Part shown: piece by piece, positions 53,909 to 64,000 of the stretch | Layout of the letters: every line of letters begins with the position of its first letter | Position numbering within the stretch: position 1 is the first letter of the stretch | NCBI GenBank assembly: GCA_964016885.1 | Contig: OZ024740.1 | Coordinates: 376,030,001-376,094,000 of the forward strand | Direction of reading: 5' to 3' | DNA: 64,000 nt | Source: Eledone cirrhosa | Lineage: Eukaryota | Notes under the pieces: generated by a model | What the model saw: only the letters and a program-made list of their open reading frames with translations | Databases searched by the model: none | What the model was told of the DNA's origin: nothing | Position numbers and translations under genes: made by a program

Positions 53909-56900
53909 AGTAGAAGTGGTACTTAGTTTATTGGAAGTCCGACAAAAATAAATGTTTATAACTAATTTAGAGCACTCAACAGTTTACTGGAGTAAATATT
54001 CAAACAAACTTTGTATTTTATCTTTATAATTGTAATTGATTGCTAAACAATGGAATGCTTTAGGATTTCTTCTTCTCTAAAGATGAACCTTTACCTAAGA
54101 ATAAGGACTATGTTAAACAACTCATTCGGAAATCTGACTCGTTTATACGAAGACTTAGATGGCGTGCCTTCCATTTCGATAGAAAATCAGATGAAAAAAC
54201 AAATAAATCCAGTTACATATGATATGATCTTCAAATTCAAGAAAAATCCACCTAACAACAAAATATTAATGTAATTTGAAAATGAAATAATATCAATTAT
54301 ACAAAACATCAAATTCAAGAAAAACCAATTTGCAAGCCTTAAAGGCCTTAAGGATAATATAGACAATCTTGAAAAAACTGAGAAAATCCTCGTAAAATCT
54401 GACAAAACTAACAATCTATACGGAATGCAAAAGGACGAATACAATAACCTTATATTGAAAGAACTAAGGAAAAACTACAAAATAACAACTAATGAAGATC
54501 TTGAAATTGTAGATAGAGAAGCTTCTGAAATAATTCATAAATTAGGCATCGAAAATAGGACCGAACCCTTTATACTTAGAAGACGAAAAATTAACCTGAA
54601 AGACCACAAAAGAGACTTTGAAATAGAACTACCAGTCAGACTTATAGCACCATCTAAATCAGACTTAGGCATAGTTAGTAAACATATATTAGATAGAATC
54701 ATACCGCAACTTAAAGAAATAACTTACCTAAAACTATGCAACGATAATAACGAAGTTATAGATTGGTTCAATAACATAAAATTTAAACATAACAAAAAAT
54801 TCATTCAATTGGATATTGCAAACAACTACTCCTCCATTACTCCTAATTTACTTAATAAAGCTCTAATGTATGCATCTAAACATACAGATTTATCTAGCGA
54901 AGAAATATATAACATTTTAACCGCACGGAAAACTTTAATTGAATTCCACAATCATCTCTGGACTAGAGCCGATACAAAAAAATTTGTTTGATATCAGCAT
55001 GGGATCATCAGACTCGGTGAAAATAACGGATCTTGTGGGGCTATTTATTAATAATACACTGCATAGAAAAACACCAGAGATGACCGGTGGTTTATATCAT
55101 AGTAATTGTGAAATTAATAGAAAAAGAAAATCCATAATACAATTCTTCAATAACTTTAAGTTAGAAATAGAGAATAACTATAAAATTGTTAACTTTTTAG
55201 ACGTAACATTAAACCTTAACACAGGGCTTTACTATCCATTCCATAAAATTAATGAGAATCTACACTAAGTTTTAACTCTAATCATCAAGAACACTATTGT
55301 TAATTCTATCCAACAACGTATTTCACGCATCTCCGCTAATAAAAAAGTTTGATTATAAGGAATCTTTAAATAGAGCAGGCTATATAAATAAAATTAAATA
55401 CCTCGACAACAGTAATAAGGCAAATAACCCTACTATTAATTATAATTATAATAGAAAATCTAACCTAAACTCTAAAGCTAACAGAAGAAATAGAACTAGA
55501 AATATTATTTGGTACTCACCCCATTCTTATTAAGCGTTAAACCCCTTAAGCAAAGCTATTCTTTAAAGCACTAGATACATATTTTCCTAAAGCCCACAGA
55601 TACCACTCAATCTTTAACAGACATACTATAAAACTATCCTACTCTACTACTATGAACATAGCACAAAATATCAATAGAATCAATAACAGAAATTTGAACC
55701 AAAATAACGAAAATGGCAGTAATATCTCTAGCAATATCCAATATAATAGTACCGTTCTGAATAACAACTCCGCAAACTATAACTGTGGAATTAAATTAAA
55801 CTGTCCTTTATAAAATAAGTCTTTAGATAAGAACGTGGTCTATAAACGTACAGTCAAAACCAGTGATAGTATATTTAATTATGTAGGTGCAACTTCTACA
55901 GAATTTAAAAGTCGCTGGAATATTCACAAATGCTCTTTCCGAAGATTTGATAAATAATCTTCAACTTCTCTTTCAAACCTTATATGGAACTTAAAATGCA
56001 AAAATATGGACTTTTCATTAACATGGGAAATACTTTCTTAAGAACCCCCGTACCGAAACACAGCTTTATCTAGTTTCTGCAAATTGTGTGTTGAGGAAAT
56101 TTTTTCATAGTTAAATGTAAGATTTCTATTAATCTAAGAACGAATTTATTTAATTCTTGTAGACATCGCCTGATTTCAACATTTAGAACTATATATAAAT
56201 TATAATTACACTATAATATTTCTACTTATTTCCATAACAATCTTATCCACTTGATTTTAATATATTGATTTCTCTAAATCATATCTATAACATTTGCTAT
56301 AATTTCACTCCTTAAAGTTTCATAAAATATATATATATATAACTCTAATTTTTTTTAAATTTAAATTTTAAATTTTAATTTTAATTTTGATTGTAATTTT
56401 AATCTTAATAATTTTTAATTCTTAATTTTTTATTTTTTATTTTTTTTATTTCTTTAATTTGTTATCCCTTTTTAAAAAATTACTTATTTTTTTTAAATTA
56501 CTTATCTTTTATAAATTATTTTTTAAAAACATTTTCTCAAATGTTTAATATTTTTACGATGTCTTTTATTAGATTTATACCCACTAACTAATTCTGGCTA
56601 ACATTTAGACTTATTTTGACAAAAGAGTCTCATACTAACGAATAAATAAACAAAACAGGAGTTTTTCCGTATCTTCCCATATAAAATATATAAATATAAA
56701 TATTTTTATTAACTCAGGTAATTTAATTTAATTTAACCTAATATTTACTTACATTAAATACAAAACCAATATCCCTCATAACTCATTAAAACAATTATCT
56801 ATAACACGATATATTCATATACCCATATATTCATTTATTTATCTATTTATATATTTATTTATTTATTTATTTATTTATCTATCTATCTACCTACCTATAA

Positions 56901-57363
56901 CAGAGAATATATTAGAAACGAATTTTAAACAACGAATAATTCGTAAGTACAGATAATATTAGATTTATACTTAGAATATATTTCCCAAAAATTAACGTTA
57001 TATTCATCTTCTCTTGTCTATTTCTTCTCTCTATCTCTCTCGTAATATTTTTTTATATTTATCCCCTTATATCTTTTCTCTCTCTTTTTCTCCAGTGTCA
57101 TTTAAATCAACGGTTGTTTTTAAATTATTTACATATTCATTTGCATATTCACACATAAGTTTGAATAATCCCTAATATATGTCCAGTATCCAGTGAATTT
57201 TCAACCGATAAGGTATGTTTTCGATGGGTAAGTCTCTATTTATGAAACAAACTTTGTATTTTATCTGATGAAAGCGTACCAATGTTGTCTTGGTTACCCT
57301 TGAAATATATATAATAAAATAAATATGGTTTTATAAATATAGTTTCCATTCATTTAATATCAT
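53909..57363 (+). mobile_element. Penelope-like element copy 3, near full length, decayed (ORF ~54050-56205)
   Basis: LRWRAFHF, KSDKTNNLY, LKDHK, VRLIAPSKSDLG, FIQLDIANNYSSI, DISMGSSDS, VNFLDVTL and a GIY-YIG region. 3' pLTR with HHR; (TA)n at both ends. Confidence 0.9.
57257..57321 (+). ncRNA. Hammerhead ribozyme motif, family A, in the 3' pLTR of PLE copy 3
   Basis: tattttat CTGATGA aag cgtaccaa tgttgtc ttggttacc ctt GAAA tatatata ataaaata. Confidence 0.78.
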
Positions 57364-57586
57364 TGTATATATATATATATATATATTATAAAGTAAATAG
57401 AATTATTTGATAATATATATACATCATTTCAACTCCTAATCCCCATAATTAACCACACAAAAATCAATTAGACCAAGCTATAAGATTAAAAGGCATCCAT
57501 GGAGAAACACTAAATAAATATACCACAGAAGCGTCTTCGCGGCCAACCCCCATAAAATATCTATATAACATTTCAACAGCACGTGG

Positions 57587-57641
<55 letters not shown>

Positions 57642-57644
<3 letters not shown>

Positions 57645-57827
57645 CGAAGGAAATGTGGTAAGGAACCAGATGGACCATAACGCATCAAAGTACTCAATAC
57701 TTAGGGTAGTAGAGTGGGAGATAGGAACGAGTAGGACCGCGACGGCTGAGCTCAAGGCGTTTCGACTGCTAATTCCAGAATTAGCCGTCAAAACGGCTTG
57801 AGCTCAGCCGTCGGGATCGAACTCGTT

Positions 57828-57831
<4 letters not shown>
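57642..57831. repeat. Rearranged copy of the 14082-14307 family with a ~110-bp terminal hairpin
   Basis: ataggaacgagt...gctaattc / gaattagc...actcgttcctat (57721-57831), with (TA)n on both sides. Confidence 0.75.
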
Positions 57832-57884
<53 letters not shown>

Positions 57885-57887
<3 letters not shown>

Positions 57888-58331
57888 AAAGTTCTATTTA
57901 AATTGTTGTGATACAACAAGCAAATGTTTTTATAACTGATATAAAGCACTCGACAAGTATTTGGAGTAAATATACGATATTAACAAATGGAAACTATATT
58001 TATAAAACCATATCTATTTTATTATACATATTTCAAGGATACCATGTTAAATTATGGTATGCTTTCATCAGACAAAATACAATATATACCAGTTTTATAA
58101 ATAAATATTGACATACCCTTTCAAAATGCAACCGTTACTTTTGGAAGACATCACGATGTCTTCCAAAAGTAACGGTTGCATTTTGAAAGGGTATGTCAAT
58201 ATTTATTTTAAAAACTGGTATATATTGTATTTTGTCTGATGACAGTATACCATAATTTAACATGGTATCCTTGAAATATGTATAATAAAATAGATATAGT
58301 TTTATAAATATAGTTTCCATTTGTCAATATC

Positions 58332-58336
<5 letters not shown>
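57885..58336. repeat. ORF-less palindrome of PLE pLTRs (family A); arms 57971-58152 and 58155-58336
   Basis: Centre gacatc-ac-gatgtc. HHRs at 58228-58292 (+) and 58015-58079 (-). Confidence 0.92.
58228..58292 (+). ncRNA. Hammerhead ribozyme motif, family A (the mirror copy at 58015-58079 has the better stem II)
   Basis: tattttgt CTGATGA (a/c)ag(c/t)ataccat aatttaac atggtatcctt GAAA tatgtata ataaaata. Confidence 0.78.
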
Positions 58337-58364
<28 letters not shown>

Positions 58365-58469
58365 CAAAAGGGATATTCATTTCGTTGGTTATTCAACAAA
58401 TATAAATGTTTATAACTGATTCACAGCACTCGACAGCTTTTCTAGAGTTTCAATTAAATATTACTTTCA

Positions 58470-60372
58470 TCGAAACTTTTCACACATCTTTCGACTAAAA
58501 TAAAATATAATTGAAACTCTGATCCTTGAAAAAATTAATCTCACATGAAATAATATATAATTTCCTATATATACTTTCTGAGTAAATCATTCATCAAATT
58601 TAACGGTTAGCAAATAAGATTGGAGTTACCTTTTCCTTTTCAATAGAGCAAACATAAACTTTATAACATGTATGATAAAGTATATAATTTCGCTAAATTA
58701 ACAATATTCTGAAAACATTTTAAATGTTGAACAAAATATTTGAATCCACAAATTGTTCTCCTCTTACAACTTGAACTGCGTGTTTTTTATGTAAAATGCA
58801 AAATCAACGTCCTTCGTAACTCATATGAGAAATGTAAACAACTAATAATTGTGATTTATTTCTATGAAATCACCAATAATACTATTAATTATTAATCTAT
58901 ATAGATATCTATATACTTACAACCTGTTGTAATGTAATAAGATAAAATGTACTTACAACCATAAATCTTCATATAATCTAATTGATTATATATACAATAT
59001 TATAACTCATAATATAGCTAAATAATTTTTAATTTCTGGAATCATATTCCACCATTCCTACAAACTGTTTATTCTTTATAAATAAACGTAAATACAAGCT
59101 CTTCCTCCTTTCTTTTTCTTCTCCCTACCCATACATACATATATCCTAATAATTATTTAAATGTACATAGCGTCTAAAAATAACGTTAAAACACCTTTAG
59201 CAAAGCTATTCTTTAAAGCACCCGATACGTGTTTTCCTAAAGCTCACAGATACCACTATATTTTTAACAGACACACTAAAACATTATCCTACTCTACTAC
59301 TATGAATATAGCACTATGAACAAAATATAAATAGAATTAATAATAGAAACTTAAATTTAAACCCTAACCAAACAAACAAAGATAGCAATAATAATATTTC
59401 TAACAACACTATTCATAATAATAGTACCGTTCCGAATAACAACTCCAGAAAATGTAACTGTAGAAATAAATCAAATTGCCCTTTACAAAATAATTGCTTA
59501 GACAAAAATGTAATTTATAAATGCACAGTTAAAACTAGAGACAAAATATTTAACTATATAGGTGTCACTTCTACAAAATTCAAAGAACGCTGGTATAACC
59601 ATAAACATAGATTTAATAGGTCCGATAAAAATCTTCCACTTCACTTTCACATTTAATTTGGAATTTAAAAGACAACAATATAGACTATCCAATATCTTGG
59701 GGATGATTTCGAAAGTACCTGCATACCGAAGTATGGCTTTCTCAAAAATCTGTCATTTGTGTATCGAGGAATTTTTTTATATAATTAACTGTCAAAACTC
59801 TATTAATCGTAAAACAGAATTATTTTCATGTTGTAGACATCGCCAAAATTCCACTTTCAGAAGTATTTTTAATTTATGAAATTCATTACAATTGTGACTA
59901 TATCTTATACACCGCCAAAATGATCCTATTTTCTTTAAAAATTTATATTTAAATTTAAATGTAAATTCTTTTAAATGATCTTCCTTCTTAATTTGTTAAT
60001 ATTTCTACTATTTTTTACCGTTTGACGTTAATTTTTTTTAATATATATATTTTGTTTAATTTTTTACTTCTGACATTACTATTTTCCTAATAATACCCCT
60101 CTAAATATATTTATTTAGATGTAGATTGATAATCTTTAATTGACATTCTGAAAATGTATCCTCTTTACGATAGTTCTTCGAAATGCAAATTACGTTTTTC
60201 CTCTGCTTTTGATCTTCAAACTTTCACAAATCTTTCGACTAAAATAATTAATCTCACCAGAAATAAAATATAATTTTCTCTATATATTTTCTGAGTAAAG
60301 CATTCATCAAATTTAACGGTTAACAAACAAGATTGGAGTTATCTTTCCCTTTTCAATTGTGCAAACATAAAC
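58470..60372 (+). mobile_element. PLE copy 4: 3' fragment (GIY-YIG, ~59180-59880) between direct repeats 58472-58639 and 60218-60372
   Basis: NVKTPLAKLFFKA, CNCRNKSNCPLQNNCL, VIY...YIGVTS, CHLCIEE, FSCCRH. The flanking repeat reads catctttcgactaaaataa...gattggagtta...gcaaacataaac. Confidence 0.75.
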
Positions 60373-60781
60373 ATATATGTATACAGACGTACAGTAGTAT
60401 GTACATACATACATGCATATATATATATATGTACGTATGGGTTTCCCGAAAATTTATTATAATGTTCGGTTTCGTTGTAATACATATATGTATGTATACA
60501 TATATGTATGTACGTATACATACTTATATTTAAGTATCGGCCGTACTAAGAGTGAGAAATGAAATTTTGTTTTCCATTTATCGATTTCGGTAAGCCCGGC
60601 CGACTAACTCACTCGATATGCAAATTAGGCTGATGACAGCTAATAAGCTAGAAACTAGTTCATCGTTCCTTTGTCAGTGTTGATAAAAATGGCAACGATG
60701 CTTGCGGAACACTGTACGGCTAATAATTCGGGCTGTTTGTTTACAAACAAATCGAACATTATAATAAATGTTCGGTAAACC

Positions 60782-60833
<52 letters not shown>

Positions 60834-61259
60834 GGGGGGTGCAGGTATGTATGTATGTATGTATATACATACTACTGTACCTCTGTATACATATATGTAT
60901 GTACGTATACATACTTATATTTAAGTATCAGTCGTACTAAGAGTGAGAAATGAAATTTCATTTTTTCCATTTATCGTTTTCGGTACGCCCGGCCGACTAA
61001 CTCACTCGATATGCAAATTAGGCTGCTCAGCGGTTAATATGCATATGGAAAGTATATACTTTCAAACGGTCAATCAACTGGCAGGAAGGTATACGGTGCT
61101 GTTGACAGCTAATAAGCTAGAAACTAGTTCATCGTTCCTTTGTCAGTGATGAACAAAATGGCAACGATGGTTGCCGAACACTGTACGGCTAATAATTCGG
61201 GCTGTTTGTTTACAAACAAACCGAACATTATAATAAATGTTCCGTAAATCCATACGTAC

Positions 61260-61304
<45 letters not shown>

Positions 61305-61372
61305 CATGTATATATGTATATACATACTCCTGTACGTCTGTATTATTATATGTATGTACGTATACATACTTA
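60372..61372 (+). repeat. Retrozyme-like HHR tandem repeat, locus 2 (inverted partial unit, two plus-strand units, start of a third)
   Basis: HHR motifs at 60625-60667 (core intact, stem I 5' strand deleted) and 61093-61135 (stem I intact, core CTGTTGA), 469 bp apart. Confidence 0.75.
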
Positions 61373-61686
61373 TATATATATAGGTGTTCCTGATGATTTC
61401 TTTCGGATGAAAAAGTTCTAGTCCTGTAAAAGCCATTCTATATGAAACATTATGTGTATATATATATATAAGTAAAGTAAATATTCTTACGGGAAGAATT
61501 TGAAATTCAAAACAAATCCTCGCCGATGCCGCTGTCCAGCTATTTTTATTTTACAGGAGTAATTTACTTGATATACTCAACTATTAATTATAGTGGTTGC
61601 CTAGAATGGGAATCTGCGTTGTGATGCACAAACATTTCAAATGTCATGCAGATTCACTCACATACACACAACCCCCCCCCCCCCCC

Positions 61687-61753
<67 letters not shown>

Positions 61754-63356
61754 GGAGAGAGTGATTGAGAGAAAAAGAGAGAGAGAGAGACACACAGACA
61801 GATAGGGAGAGAGAGAGAATGGGAAAGAGAGATAGAGCGTGAGAGCGAGAGGGAAGGAATTGTAATAACATTCAGGAAACGAACAATCTATAAATCATTA
61901 TGCCCTGCCTTTAAGGAAACGAATGCAGTTCGCCTTTTCATTTGCTGAAAAGAAATGATAATCTGAAAATGTTGTAAACACATTGGAGCTATTAAGAGAC
62001 GTGTCCTTAAATAATTGAGCAACCATTTATTAGTACCTTTGTGCATATCTGTCATAATGTGGTATCTGTCATACTTTCGTCACTTTGGAAAGGCTTGTAT
62101 TATATCAATTAATTTCTATGCAATGTAATTCTTAGGCTAACACAGTTCGGTAGCAGCCAGCTGAAACCTGATTAAAAATATATTAAATTTGGGCTTCATA
62201 TAGAAACGTGTCAACACTTTTCATACTAAGGTGCGTCTTCAAATGGCACTCGGACACTTTGCAGTCGTTTTACTCATGCTCCTAATTAATTGAAGTCAAG
62301 CAAATATTTGAAAAACATACCATTTAATATATATTGCATTTGCCTATATTAAAAATGAGGCTTTGAAGATTTAGTCTATATCAGAATTCTCACATATGAG
62401 CAGTGGGAAATATAGTGATTAGATTTGGAAGTTTCTGAGGTATAATCTTTTAATCTGGTAACTATTTTAAACACACAAGCCAAGGCACCTGTTTCTGTTT
62501 TATATTTTAAAATAACGATGTTCAGAGTTCAAGCATATTTGAGTTCTCGTACGGTATATGAAGACACTGCCACTATATTTCCGACTGAGCATTTTAATCC
62601 CAACTGCTGATAGTATATGTGCAGAATAAATTAGCATGAGTGACTCGACCCTGTTGCAATTGAGAGAAAAAATATTGTTTCACCAAATTTTCTAGAGGCG
62701 AAGAGTGAAAGATAAGTGACGCGGGGCAAAGAATTTCTGTGCCACATGTCACTGGAGGAATGACTGAGTGAGTGGGTGAAGGGGGAGGGAGAGAAAAGAA
62801 AAAAGAAATGTATATACAGAGAGAGAGAGCTGATAAGCTTTTCCTATTAAAAGACCTAGCTATGTGATGCATTATCTTCGAGTAATGGAAGAGTCATTAT
62901 CAGAGCCGAAGAACTCGTTTATTTCAATCGAACAGAAGTATGTTTATATTTGGCATGTAACATATTTGACTCCTTAGTCTCTCTCGTAAAAAAACTGTCA
63001 TTCTTGTGATGAAGTGGGATGAGCTGCAGCTAGGTAGCTAGCTTCAGATTTATGGTCGGATGAGGAGAGAGGCCCCAGTGATGTCACCTTTTTATAGATG
63101 TGAATTATGGACATACAGCATCAGATAGATTAGCCATCAGAAAATACTTATATACGAAATAATCAATATATGGTTATTAAGGTATTAAAATTGAAAAAAA
63201 ACATAATGGATATAATATGAATCACTGTTTATAGATGATTACATTCAGCCACTGATGTTCATATATATAAATGCGCATTCACCAGTTTATCAGCATGTAG
63301 TATTTATGCACACACAAATCACACACACTCATGTACATATATTATAAATATATATA

Positions 63357-64000
63357 CTAGCAGTGGTACCAGGCGTTGCACGGGATAAGGTAATTTGGAA
63401 CTCGGGCCGCCAACAGACATAATCGTAGAAAAACTGCATGCCTGGACAATAGGTAAAGAAAATAAACCGAATACTCTGATCGATGGATAATCTTTAAGAT
63501 TTTCCTCGATGAAACAGGAAAAATGCAGGTTTCCATCTAATACCACCTAGGGGATAGAGAAAATGAATATTTTTATGTGCATAATATGCTTTGAAATTTC
63601 AGGACAATCGGCTAGACGTAACGCCTCCAAAAAGCCCTAAAAGGCTGAAAAAAGAAGCTTTTCACCTAATACGGGCCCTAGGCCATAAACAAAGTTGGAT
63701 TTTCTTTGCTAACGGTATAAAGAAGAGACTGACTAATACAAACTTACAATTTCAAGGAAATTGTTCTGACGTAACGCCTAAAAAAAAAACCTAAAAAGCT
63801 TAAAATACTCAGTGTTTCACCTAATGCGGGCCCTAGGAGATAGATCGAAATGTTGAATTCTTAGGTGCATAATACTCCCTGAAACATAAGTAATACACAT
63901 GTAAAGTTTGAAAAAAGTCGATTGGGTATTTTTCGAGTTTTAGTGATTCAAGCTCACAGACACACACACACACACACACACACACAGATATCCTCAGGGA
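63357..64000 (-). mobile_element. Non-autonomous Helitron-like element, 3' end at 63357
   Basis: The minus strand ends cccgtgcaacgcctggtaccactgCTAG-T (hairpin plus CTAG). It has an internal ~160-bp-period repeat (63590-63690 vs 63750-63840) and (CA)n near the presumed 5' end. Confidence 0.6.

Noticed and set aside
61385-61425. CTGATGA tttctttcggat GAAA motif
   Set aside because: Stem II is weak and there is no stem I or III pairing; probably chance or too decayed to call.

Overview
AT-rich eukaryotic intergenic or intronic DNA made almost entirely of decayed transposons and microsatellites. The SINE and LINE repertoire and the (TA)n/(ATAC)n density suggest a cephalopod (Octopus-like) genome; this is an inference. 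I found no convincing host protein-coding gene, and most long ORFs in the track are microsatellite artefacts. Recognisable elements: a DD36E Tc1-family transposon end, a roughly full-length decayed Helitron plus a second Helitron end, several Penelope-like elements (PLEs; RT with C-terminal GIY-YIG), an L1/Tx1 LINE, RTE, CRE and R4/Dong-like LINE remnants, tRNA-derived SINEs, and a cluster of non-autonomous RTE derivatives with a 1579-bp tandem duplication. The notable hidden layer is RNA structure: about 14 hammerhead-ribozyme (HHR) motifs in four families, plus a weaker fifth family. They occur in PLE pseudo-LTRs (with stem covariation), in three ORF-less foldback palindromes whose HHRs point outward toward (TA)n tracts, and in a tandem, highly structured 420-470-nt non-coding repeat that looks like a retrozyme. 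All HHR calls were folded by eye and their activity is untested. Element boundaries are approximate.
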